Translations under genes and position numbers: made by a program
Origin: an uncultured Bacteroidota bacterium
GTDB lineage: Bacteria; Bacteroidota; Ignavibacteria; UBA10030; UBA6906
Length of the DNA stretch: 64,000 bases
Assembly (NCBI GenBank): GCA_963700635.1
Contig: CAVOYH010000003.1
Span: 256,001-320,000 of the forward strand
Direction: 5' to 3'
Shown: piece after piece, positions 11,508 through 19,989 of the stretch
Numbering within the stretch: position 1 is the stretch's first letter
Layout: every line of letters starts with the position of its first letter
The notes under the pieces: generated by a model
The model's database searches: none
Told to the model about the DNA's origin: nothing
What the model saw: only the letters and a program-made list of their open reading frames with translations

Positions 11508-11918
11508 TTATGTGTGTTTCCCTGCTTTCAGCGCCTGTGTCATGGCCTTTTCCTCATACTGCATCAGCTTCCGGGTCTCCTTCAAGGCCTGATAGAACTT
11601 TCCGTTATAGATCGCTTCGCTGATGGTCTTAAAAAGTTCTGTCGTGCTGGGTGCGGCATGGATAATATCCCGTGCGAGATCCCAGTAATCCTTTTGATAC
11701 TTGGGAAGATTCTCGCCATCAATATACATCAGCTGGATGACAAAGTACACTTTTTTGCAGGGAGTATCCGCCTTCGTTTCGCTCAAAATTTCTTTTTCGC
11801 GGAGGAGGGGGACCTTATTCTCCACCATCAATTCAATGGTTTTGCCGGTGGCGTTTCGTAGTACCGCGCCACCGGCAATAACCCGTTCATTGACTTTTAG
11901 TGACAACTTCAGAGCCAT
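11508..11918 (-). CDS. flbT: Flagellin translation regulator FlbT
   Basis: MALKLSLKVNERVIAGGAVLRN...LLREKEIL...ADTPCKKVYFVIQLMYID...FYQALKETRKL; true start is the ATG at 11918 inside the longer ORF. Confidence 0.9.
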   Translation of the reverse strand: MALKLSLKVNERVIAGGAVLRNATGKTIELMVENKVPLLREKEILSETKADTPCKKVYFVIQLMYIDGENLPKYQKDYWDLARDIIHAAPSTTELFKTISEAIYNGKFYQALKETRKLMQYEEKAMTQALKAGKHT

Positions 11919-11922
11919 AAAG

Positions 11923-12723
11923 CTATCCCAAGAGTTGCTCCATCTGTGCTGCGCCACCATGGGCAAGGCCCACAGACTGCACGGCAATCTCGTGCCGGAC
12001 CTCACCGCTTCGTGCTTGCGCCCCCGCTTCATCCATACCCCGGTCGTACGTAGAACCGGGGATGTCGAAGGTTTGTTCCCGGAGACGTTGCCGACGCGCC
12101 TGCAACGTGACCTCGGCATCATCCAGGTGTTGAATGGTCTGTGTGATGTCCTGGTCGGTGACCTCTTCAGGTGGCAGGAGCTCAGGCAGACGGAGCCCCA
12201 GGGGACCCGTTTGCACATCCTCTTTCCGTACCGTCCTGGTCAGTCCATTCGGTTCAATCGTAAAGGTCCAGTCGTCTCCTGCCCCCTGCTGCGCCTTTTT
12301 CGTCCGAACCGCGAGCGTCCCTGCTTCTACTTCGGGAGGCACGGTAAGTCTGTCAATCATAACACGAAGGGCTGCATACCCCCGCAAACGTCGAACGCGC
12401 TCCTCACTGCCTGGAGGGAAGGGGGGATAACTTTTGGTCACCACTTCCAGCTCCTTTTTCATCGCGTGGATCGTCGTGCCGACGGCCTTCATGGCCTGGT
12501 CCATCGTCCTGATGGTCGCCGCGACGGCGTTCGAACGGTCGTGCAGCGCCGCAAGGCGTTGAAACTCCGGCGCTGTTCGTGAGATGCTTGAATGACCAAC
12601 CGAACTTTTTTCGACCTCCTGATGTGTTCCGGATCCCGTCTGGGAGGCAAGTCTGTCAAGCCGCTCCTGGGACCGCCCCAGACCCCTCGGGCCTTGATCG
12701 AATCCTATGTTGAGTATTGACAT
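11923..12723 (-). CDS. Highly diverged flagellin-like protein
   Basis: Helical segments and C-terminus align by eye with the adjacent flagellins (GMDEAGAQ...VRHEI...L vs DMNEEGAN...TRQSL...L); carries a YPPFPPGSEER insertion; GAGG RBS. Confidence 0.6.
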   Translation of the reverse strand: MSILNIGFDQGPRGLGRSQERLDRLASQTGSGTHQEVEKSSVGHSSISRTAPEFQRLAALHDRSNAVAATIRTMDQAMKAVGTTIHAMKKELEVVTKSYPPFPPGSEERVRRLRGYAALRVMIDRLTVPPEVEAGTLAVRTKKAQQGAGDDWTFTIEPNGLTRTVRKEDVQTGPLGLRLPELLPPEEVTDQDITQTIQHLDDAEVTLQARRQRLREQTFDIPGSTYDRGMDEAGAQARSGEVRHEIAVQSVGLAHGGAAQMEQLLG

Positions 12724-12746
12724 TTCTCACCTCGTGTACCAGCGGC

Positions 12747-12773
12747 CGGGAGGAGGAACTATTCCTCCTCCCG
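12747..12773 (-). terminator. Stem-loop downstream of flagellin 1 (no U-tract)
   Basis: cgggaggaggaa-cta-ttcctcctcccg, 12-bp perfect inverted repeat. Confidence 0.55.
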
Positions 12774-12799
12774 CACTGGCGTGATCATCGTTATCCGGA

Positions 12800-13645
12800 C
12801 TAGAACAGACGCAGGACTGACTGCGCGTTCTGGGCTGACAGGCTCAAAGCTGTTGTTCCCAGAGACTGCCGGGTCTGCAGCATGAGCATATTTGCACCTT
12901 CCTCGTTCATGTCGGCATCCGTCAACGAACTGGCGCCGGCTTTGAGCGTTGCAATCATCTGATCCGCCCAATCCGCGCGGGTCTGGATAATGCTCAGGCT
13001 GGACGACAGGGACGATGATTGCACCCGGAGTGTGTCGAGTGCTGAGGACAGCTGCGTCAGGGCTGAGTTCACAGATGCCGTGCCGTTGGTTGCATTGTCC
13101 CAGGAGTCTGTGATACCGCCTGTAGCCTGGCCGACGATACCGATCGTCAAGCCGGTTGCAGTCGCGCTGAATCCTTCAATGCTCAGCGAGCTCGCACCAC
13201 TTTCGTTGAACTTCACCGTCATGGTGTTCCCGACCAGCAGGTTCGTACCACGATAGCCGGAGTCGCTGGCCATGGTGTTGATCTGGCTGATCACGGCATT
13301 GTACTGTGTCACGTACTGCGCGCGCGCCGTCGCATCGCTTGTGGCGAGAGCAGACTGCGCAATACCTTTTGCCGATTCGATCAGGGTGTTGAGGGATTCG
13401 ATACCACTGCTGGCGGTTTTCACCGTCTGGATCGCTTCACTCATACTGTCCTTGCGGGCAGAAATGTCATTGGAGCGATTGAGGTGGCCACGTGCAGCGA
13501 AATAGTTGGTCGGGCTGTCGAGTGCACTGTTGACCTTCTTGCCGGTCGAAAGCCGATCCTGCGTACGGTTCAACAGGCTGACAGTATTCTGCAGGCTCAG
13601 CAAATTGGCCCGCATCGCGCCCGTCAACGAGATTTCTTGTGCCAT
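12800..13645 (-). CDS. fliC: Flagellin 1 (short, 281 aa)
   Basis: MRANLLSLQ...RLSTGKKVNSALDSPTNYF N-terminus; ADMNEEGANMLMLQTRQSL...SVLRLF C-terminus. Confidence 0.95.
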   Translation of the reverse strand: MAQEISLTGAMRANLLSLQNTVSLLNRTQDRLSTGKKVNSALDSPTNYFAARGHLNRSNDISARKDSMSEAIQTVKTASSGIESLNTLIESAKGIAQSALATSDATARAQYVTQYNAVISQINTMASDSGYRGTNLLVGNTMTVKFNESGASSLSIEGFSATATGLTIGIVGQATGGITDSWDNATNGTASVNSALTQLSSALDTLRVQSSSLSSSLSIIQTRADWADQMIATLKAGASSLTDADMNEEGANMLMLQTRQSLGTTALSLSAQNAQSVLRLF

Positions 13646-13707
13646 TGAGTATCCCTTTCTAGGATTATGGTTTTTGGCTGCCTCTTCTGAGGCTCTACCT
13701 GATCCTA

Positions 13708-13734
13708 CTATCGGTTGAATCGGAGAAAACTTTA
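13708..13734 (-). promoter_or_regulatory. Sigma28 (FliA) promoter of flagellin 1
   Basis: Minus strand TAAA-N15-ACCGATAG vs consensus TAAA-N15-GCCGATAA. Confidence 0.8.
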
Positions 13735-13817
13735 GCCGGAAGGAAAATTTTTTTGCTGGTCACTAACCCATTGTAAATCAACGGGTTAAGTCTTAGAGAA
13801 GATTTCTTTGCAGCGGT

Positions 13818-14096
13818 TCACCAACCTGTGGCAGACTCTATTTCCCGCGCAACACTATCGATGATCTGTTCCGTAATGTCCGGGTCCAGATAATACCCCC
13901 GCCGAACCCTTTCCCGGATCACATCCAACCTCTGGAAGTTCCCCCCAGATAAGAGCGCTTGTGCCTCACGGGACAGATGTATATGATCCGCGTCACCCTT
14001 CTCACCCTCCATCGTTCCGCCCTGTGCCCCCGCCGGCCGATCATTTATTGATCGTTCGGCCGAACCTGCATCTCTGAAAATGGCTTCGATGGTCAT
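13818..14096 (-). CDS. FlgM-like anti-sigma28 factor (paralog B)
   Basis: DHIHLSREAQ...RLDVIRERVRRGYY...ITEQIIDSV, colinear with paralog A; AGGAG RBS. Confidence 0.55.
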   Translation of the reverse strand: MTIEAIFRDAGSAERSINDRPAGAQGGTMEGEKGDADHIHLSREAQALLSGGNFQRLDVIRERVRRGYYLDPDITEQIIDSVAREIESATGW

Positions 14097-14122
14097 GATG
14101 TGCGCTCCTGACTGACGGTCGC

Positions 14123-14500
14123 CTACTGTGCCGAGCCTTTCAGGCCGGCCGCAATGTTTGTGTTGATGTTGATCAGTATGTCAAGTTTTTCCGGAGCAGG
14201 GAACGCCAGGGTGTCAAAAATTCGGCGGTCGATGAACGCGCTCAGCCGGAGGACGTTTTCCTTGATCGTTTGCGGTAATGGATTCTTTTCCTCGAGTAAC
14301 GCCACCTGAAAGAACGTCCACAACCGCTGATTGTACCGTAACGCCTTCTCCAGACTCCGGTCCCGGTCGGGGGCGGCCCAGTGCGTTTGCACATGTTTCA
14401 TCAGCGATGCAGCCTTCATCAACACCGCCGCTTCTGCCTCCCTGTCACCGAGTGCCGCCATCTGGTTCCGTCCGTACACTTCTGCCTGCGTTGCGTGCAT
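14123..14500 (-). CDS. flaF: Flagellar regulator FlaF
   Basis: REAEAAVLMKAA...ALRYNQRLWTFF...NPLP...LSAFI...LININTNIAAGL is the FlaF signature. Confidence 0.9.
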   Translation of the reverse strand: MHATQAEVYGRNQMAALGDREAEAAVLMKAASLMKHVQTHWAAPDRDRSLEKALRYNQRLWTFFQVALLEEKNPLPQTIKENVLRLSAFIDRRIFDTLAFPAPEKLDILININTNIAAGLKGSAQ

Positions 14501-14552
14501 GGCTCATAGTCCTTTGTGTTGTTGTGTCACGTTCGCTGTGCTGTCCGGATAC

Positions 14553-14593
14553 TGCGGATACAGGGAAGATTTTTGACCCTCCCTGTATCCGCA
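14553..14593 (-). terminator. Stem-loop between flagellin 2 and flaF (no U-tract)
   Basis: tgcggatacaggga...tccctgtatccgca, 14-bp perfect inverted repeat. Confidence 0.6.
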
Positions 14594-14603
14594 TGAATTC
14601 GGG

Positions 14604-15449
14604 TTAGAAGAGCCGCAGGACCGACTGGGCATTCTGGGCTGACAGACTCAACGCTGTGGTTCCCAGAGACTGCCGGGTTTGCAGCATGAGCATATTTGCA
14701 CCTTCTTCGTTCATGTCCGCTTCTGTTAACGCGTTCGCACCGTCTTTAAGGGTCGAGATCATCTGATCCGCCCATTCTGCGCGGGTCTGAACGATGCTGA
14801 GACTGGACGAGAGTGCGGATGACTGCACCCTGAGTGTGTCAAGCGCAGACGAGAGCTGTGTCATGGCCGAGTTGATTGACTCCGTGCCGTCGGTTGCATC
14901 GGACCAGGCCGCAGCGATGCCGCCCGTGGCCTGCCCGATAATCCCGATCATCAAGCCCGTTGCGGTGGCTTTGAAGCCGTCGATGCTCAGCGAGCTCGCA
15001 CCGTCCTCGTTGAACTTCACGCTGAGCGTGTTGCCCAGAAGCAGGTTCGTGCCACGATAACCGGAATCGCTGGCCATGGTGTTAATCTGACTGATCACCG
15101 CATTGTACTGCGTCACGTATTGTGCGCGTGCAGTCCCGTCATTGGTGGCGAGAGCTGCCTGTGCAATACCTTTGGCCGACTCGATCAGGGTATTAATCGA
15201 TTCGATGCCGGTGCTGGCGGTTTTTACCGTCTGTATCGCTTCACCCATGCTGTCTTTCCTGGCCGCAATGTCGCTAGCACGGTTCATGTGCCCCCGTGCC
15301 GCGAAATAGTTAGTCGGGCTATCCAGCGCACTGTTGACTTTTTTGCCGGTCGAAAGCCGATCCTGCGTACGATTCAGCAAGCTGACCGTATTCTGCAGAC
15401 TCAGCAGATTGGCCCGCATCGCGGAAGTGAGTGAGATTTCTTGTGCCAC
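14604..15449 (-). CDS. fliC: Flagellin 2 (short, 281 aa; GTG start)
   Basis: Close paralog of 12800-13645, same length and terminal motifs. Confidence 0.95.
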   Translation of the reverse strand: MAQEISLTSAMRANLLSLQNTVSLLNRTQDRLSTGKKVNSALDSPTNYFAARGHMNRASDIAARKDSMGEAIQTVKTASTGIESINTLIESAKGIAQAALATNDGTARAQYVTQYNAVISQINTMASDSGYRGTNLLLGNTLSVKFNEDGASSLSIDGFKATATGLMIGIIGQATGGIAAAWSDATDGTESINSAMTQLSSALDTLRVQSSALSSSLSIVQTRAEWADQMISTLKDGANALTEADMNEEGANMLMLQTRQSLGTTALSLSAQNAQSVLRLF

Positions 15450-15549
15450 AGTGCTACCCCCCTTTCTGGGTGGTTGTTAGTGATGATGATGGTGAACACA
15501 TTGTAGGTGTGGTCTGTAACCGATTGGAGATCTTCACCTTCTGTGTATA

Positions 15550-15576
15550 TTATCGGCAGATTGGAGGAGGAGTTTA
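15550..15576 (-). promoter_or_regulatory. Sigma28 (FliA) promoter of flagellin 2
   Basis: Minus strand TAAA-CTCCTCCTCCAATCT-GCCGATAA, exact consensus with 15-nt spacer. Confidence 0.9.
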
Positions 15577-15639
15577 GGCGGAAGACACGATTTTTGCCGG
15601 GCTCAGAGAACAGAATTCGCCTGTTCAGGAGGGATTGTG

Positions 15640-17073
15640 TTATGCCTGGAGCCACTGCCGGATCCTGCCAATAACGGCACCCCAATCTCCAGCCCGTTCC
15701 TGCCGGAAAAGCTGCATCGTCGGGTACCAGGGGGTCCTGTCGGTACCCAACATCCAACGCCAGTCGGGTGCAAACGGCACCAGCATCAGTACCGGTCTGC
15801 CCATCGCACCGGCAACATGCGCCACCACGGTGTCGACAGAAATTACAAGATCCATGTGCGCGATCACCGCCGCGGTGTCTTCAACATCACGTAACGCGGG
15901 ACCGAGATCCTCCACCACGATCCCCGAAGGCAAAACCACCCGCGCATCTCCCTTCTCCCCCTTCTGCAAACTGAAAAACCTCACCCCTTCGGTCCCTGCA
16001 AGGGCACTCAGATACTCCGGATGTAACGACCTCTTTGCATCATTCCTGTGGCCGGGGTTCCCAGCCCATACAAGCCCGATACGTTTGTCCGCCGGTCCGC
16101 CCGTACACCTCTCCCGCCAAAAATCTATCCGCGAACGATGAGGATAAAGATACGGTATCACGGAAGGGACGGTCTCCAGGGTGGTGCCAAACACGCCCGG
16201 GAGAGAAAGCAACGGCGATTCAAAATCAGCAGGCGGGATACTCTCTCCACGGCTATAGACTTCGCTTACTCCGTCAATGCCGCGGAACAGAGAAGCGAGT
16301 TCCTCGTGACATTCAACAACGACCCTTCCCCCGCAGGCAGCAACAAGAGGCACATAGCGGATAAACTGTACCGCGTCTCCCAATCCCTGTTCGGCGTAAA
16401 GAAGAATCCGCCTGTTGTCCGGGATTTCCCCTCCCGCCCAGCAACGCGACGGGTCAGTGCGACGGTAGGGAGCTGCAGACATCTTCTGCCAGCGCCATTC
16501 GTATTCTTTCCACCCGTCGGCGTAGTTACCCTGCATCAACAGGGCATGCGAGAGAAGCCAGTGGGCATCAACACACCCCGGATCTTCATGCACAACGGCA
16601 CGCAGGAGAGCTGTTGCCTCCTCCGGTTGCGCCTGCTCGATGAGCATGTAGGCAAGGTTGAGCGCCGCCGGACTATACCGTCTGTCCCGCTGAAGTGCAG
16701 TCAGATAGGAAACGCGCGCCCGGCCGTGATCTCCGCTCTCTGCCCATGCAAGGGCGAGATTATTATGGACTTCGGGCAACTCCGTTCCAAGCGCAAGCGC
16801 TTTCTGGTAAAGGCGCACCGATGCGGCCGGATTGCCTGCTGCCCGCACGGCATTCCCGAGATTGTAGTACACAGCGCCTGCCGACGGAACAAGGCGTAGA
16901 GTTTCCTCAAACACCCGGATCGCCTCGTCATACACACCGGCTTCATGCAGCGCAAGCCCCAGACTGTTCAGCATGTCGGGATTGGACGGTGACCGGCGGA
17001 CCGCCTCCCGGGCCCGGAGAAGCACAGTCGTCGCATCGGCACCGCCAGACGGAAGTTTCCCGCTCGCACTCAT
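15640..17073 (-). CDS. TPR + GT-B (GT9-like) glycosyltransferase, single module
   Basis: TPRs; EQGLGDAVQFIRY; GLVWAGNP; DLVISVDTVVAHVAGAMG; PDWRW..PWYP; ATG at 17073 overlaps the upstream stop (ATGA). Confidence 0.85.
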   Translation of the reverse strand: MSASGKLPSGGADATTVLLRAREAVRRSPSNPDMLNSLGLALHEAGVYDEAIRVFEETLRLVPSAGAVYYNLGNAVRAAGNPAASVRLYQKALALGTELPEVHNNLALAWAESGDHGRARVSYLTALQRDRRYSPAALNLAYMLIEQAQPEEATALLRAVVHEDPGCVDAHWLLSHALLMQGNYADGWKEYEWRWQKMSAAPYRRTDPSRCWAGGEIPDNRRILLYAEQGLGDAVQFIRYVPLVAACGGRVVVECHEELASLFRGIDGVSEVYSRGESIPPADFESPLLSLPGVFGTTLETVPSVIPYLYPHRSRIDFWRERCTGGPADKRIGLVWAGNPGHRNDAKRSLHPEYLSALAGTEGVRFFSLQKGEKGDARVVLPSGIVVEDLGPALRDVEDTAAVIAHMDLVISVDTVVAHVAGAMGRPVLMLVPFAPDWRWMLGTDRTPWYPTMQLFRQERAGDWGAVIGRIRQWLQA

Positions 17074-19946
17074 CGCTTCTCCCCCTTCCGGCTCGCCAAC
17101 GTCCGGAGCGATTCTGCAATCTGTGACAAAACCCCGGACCATTCCTGCGCCCGTGCCTGCCGGAAGAGCCGCATGCCGGGATACCAGGGGCTCCCGTCAC
17201 GTTCGCGCATCCACCGCCAGTCGGGATCACGCGGTAGCATTACCCACACCGGCGTCCCCAGAGCACCGGCGACATGTGCGACCGCGGTGTCAATGGTAAT
17301 CACAAGATCCAGAACCGAAACGGCGGCTGCAGTATCACCAAAGTCGTGGATATAGGGCGAGAGATCCCGCGGCCTGATCTCCGGCGGCACGACGTCAAGA
17401 TCATGCACAGCGTCACCAATCTGGAGACTCCACATGCTTGTGCCGGGGATCCGGAACAACGGCATGAGATTCACAAGAGGACAGGATCGACTCCGCAGAG
17501 ACTTCAGATGTTGTGTCCCGGACCATACCACTCCTACAGAGAGTCCTTCACTCTGCAGTCGATTCCGCCATTGAATCACATCCCCGGTATCCGGCGCCAG
17601 ATACGGAATCTCTGCGGGAATAGTCTGCAGTGTGGTTTTGCAGATTCGTGGAAGACTCATCAACGGCACATGAACGTCAAAATGCGGCAGCGGATCCCCG
17701 TAGGCGACCACGCTCCTGATCCCATCAAGATTCCTGAAGAGCCGGACAAGTTCGCGCTGGCACTCCACCACGACGATTGCGCCGGTCTGCAGCACCACAT
17801 GCACGTACCGAACAAATTGCAGCGCATCACCAAAACCCTGCTCGGCATGAACCAGGATCGTCTTTCCGTGAAGAGTCTCCCCGTTCCAGCAGGGTTGCCG
17901 GAATGGGCGCACCGGACTGGTAAAGTCTGTCCGCCGCCATCGCCATTCATATTCCTCCCAGCCCCGGATGTAATCCCCTTCCTGAAGAAGAAGTTGGGCC
18001 ATATTCCAGTGTGGTTCGGGGAAGTCAGGGCTCCATCTTATGGCGGAATCAAATGCACGCCGTGCACCCGCAAAATCTCCGAGCGCCCTCAGAACATTGC
18101 CCATATTGTTGTGGGCATTGGCCAGGGTTGGGTCAAGCTGGAGAGCACGTTGCAGGACATCCCGGGCACGGGTAAGAAGGTTGTGCTCGTACAACGCTGA
18201 CCCAAGGTTGCTTGCCGTCGCAGCACATCGGTGATCCAGCTCTACAGCTCGTTCAAATGCAGCGATGGCTTCGGGAACATTGCCTTCCTGTTGCAGACAC
18301 ACTCCCAGATTATTCCAGGCCGCCGGGAGTTCGGGCCGGCGATCCAGAATGCGGCGATACACCGTAATCGCGTGTAAGCGTAGACCTGCCTGGCACAATG
18401 CATCGCCATAAGCAAGCAACGCACCGTAATCCTCCGACTGCGGGGGTGCCGCAGTCCCGGTGATCCCTGCGCCGGGCCAACTCCATGAGAAACGGAGAGG
18501 TTTGAGTGGCTGACTCGGAACCGGAGACGGAAAAGCCCCGCCCGTGGCCTCCTGGAGTTCGGACCGGACCTGATCAAAAACTTTTTCCCACCCTCCGCGC
18601 TGTTGCTGACGGAAAAGACGCATCGAGGGGTACCAGGGCGAATCGGAACGTCTGAGCATCCACCGCCAATCCGGTGCAAAAGGAAGAAGAAGCCACACCG
18701 GTTTGCCAAGGGCACCGGCAAGATGGGCCACGGCCGTGTCCACCGTAATCACAAGGTCAAGCGTGCTGACGAATGCCGCAGTGGCCGCAAAATCCGGCAG
18801 GTTGTCCGTCAGGTCAATAAGGCGCCGATCATGGTGTAGTCCGTCCCTCGTCTCACCTCCGGTCTGGAGGGTGTACCACACGGTCCGCGGGACAGTCAGC
18901 AGACGCTCGAAGAGTGCCGGCGGACATGAACGGTTATGGTCGTTTTTGTGATGCGGATTTCCCGCCCAGACGACGCCGATGCGCATTCCCTCCCCAGTTC
19001 CCTGGAGACGCGCCCTCCACTCCGCCACTTCAGAAGGATCCGGGAAAAGATACGGAACGGCGGCTCCGTACGAACGTTCATCCGTGATGCCCGCCAGATG
19101 TGGAATACTCAGAAGCGGAGACCATGTATCATACGCCTGCTGAACTTCGCCTCGCGAAAATACCGAGGCCACGCCGGGCACCGTCCGGATGAGTCTGCAG
19201 AGTTCTCCGGAACATTCGACAAGAACGCGGGCACCACGCTCCTGCAGGTGCCGGGCAAATCGGACGAACTGCAGTGTGTCGCCAAGACCCTGTTCCGCCG
19301 AAAGCAGTATACGTCGCCCGTTGAGCGTACTCCCATCCCAGCGTGGCACAACATCGGCGCGCAGAGGATTTGCCCTGTCGCTGGTGTGAAAACGCCATTC
19401 AAATTCTTTCCATCCGTCCGCGTGCATTCCTTTGAGAAGCGAAACCAATCCACGATTGTAGTGCAGATCCGGATAGCCGCTGTTGAGTGCAAGCCCGACG
19501 GACGCCACCGCGTGTGCTTCGTCCAGATGCCCGAGTGCCTGCAATGTAACGGTCAGGTTGTTGTAAATACGCGTATCATCAGGCCGGAGTCGAAGGGCGG
19601 TTCGATAACAGCGCTCTGCTTCGTCCGGCTCTTCCAGAGCAGCACATGTATTCCCGAGAACGTACCACGCATCTCCGTCTGAAGGTAGAAGCTTCACGAC
19701 ACGGCGGAGCACTTCTGCCGCTGCCTTGAAGGAGCCGAGGTCTTTGAGCGCTTTCCCCAGGTTATAGTGCGCATCGGCGTAGGCAGGATCAATCGCAACT
19801 GCCTGTTCGAACAATCCGAGACTCTCCCGAATCTCCCCGCGTTGAACCGCATTCATGCCGAGCGTATTCAGGGCTTCCGCTTTGGACGAACGTGGTGCCA
19901 TCCGGCGGATTCCGCGGGTATCGGCAATATCAGTCCTCGTGGACAT
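17070..19946 (-). CDS. Tandem double TPR + GT-B glycosyltransferase
   Basis: Two complete TPR-EQG(L/F)GD...DLVIT(V/I)DT...PDWRW modules; start trimmed to MSTRTD (the longer ORF overlaps the upstream gene). Confidence 0.85.
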   Translation of the reverse strand: MSTRTDIADTRGIRRMAPRSSKAEALNTLGMNAVQRGEIRESLGLFEQAVAIDPAYADAHYNLGKALKDLGSFKAAAEVLRRVVKLLPSDGDAWYVLGNTCAALEEPDEAERCYRTALRLRPDDTRIYNNLTVTLQALGHLDEAHAVASVGLALNSGYPDLHYNRGLVSLLKGMHADGWKEFEWRFHTSDRANPLRADVVPRWDGSTLNGRRILLSAEQGLGDTLQFVRFARHLQERGARVLVECSGELCRLIRTVPGVASVFSRGEVQQAYDTWSPLLSIPHLAGITDERSYGAAVPYLFPDPSEVAEWRARLQGTGEGMRIGVVWAGNPHHKNDHNRSCPPALFERLLTVPRTVWYTLQTGGETRDGLHHDRRLIDLTDNLPDFAATAAFVSTLDLVITVDTAVAHLAGALGKPVWLLLPFAPDWRWMLRRSDSPWYPSMRLFRQQQRGGWEKVFDQVRSELQEATGGAFPSPVPSQPLKPLRFSWSWPGAGITGTAAPPQSEDYGALLAYGDALCQAGLRLHAITVYRRILDRRPELPAAWNNLGVCLQQEGNVPEAIAAFERAVELDHRCAATASNLGSALYEHNLLTRARDVLQRALQLDPTLANAHNNMGNVLRALGDFAGARRAFDSAIRWSPDFPEPHWNMAQLLLQEGDYIRGWEEYEWRWRRTDFTSPVRPFRQPCWNGETLHGKTILVHAEQGFGDALQFVRYVHVVLQTGAIVVVECQRELVRLFRNLDGIRSVVAYGDPLPHFDVHVPLMSLPRICKTTLQTIPAEIPYLAPDTGDVIQWRNRLQSEGLSVGVVWSGTQHLKSLRSRSCPLVNLMPLFRIPGTSMWSLQIGDAVHDLDVVPPEIRPRDLSPYIHDFGDTAAAVSVLDLVITIDTAVAHVAGALGTPVWVMLPRDPDWRWMRERDGSPWYPGMRLFRQARAQEWSGVLSQIAESLRTLASRKGEKR

Positions 19947-19989
19947 AAGCCCCAACTCTTTCTCTGACTCTACAGTACATCTCTCGGCC

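Noticed and set aside
11919-12218. 100-aa N-terminal extension of FlbT in the ORF track
   Set aside because: It overlaps the 11923-12723 gene in another frame; FlbT homology starts at MALKLSLK (11918)
12800-15449. Long direct repeat suggesting a mobile element or misassembly
   Set aside because: Explained by two flagellin paralogs with many synonymous and amino-acid differences
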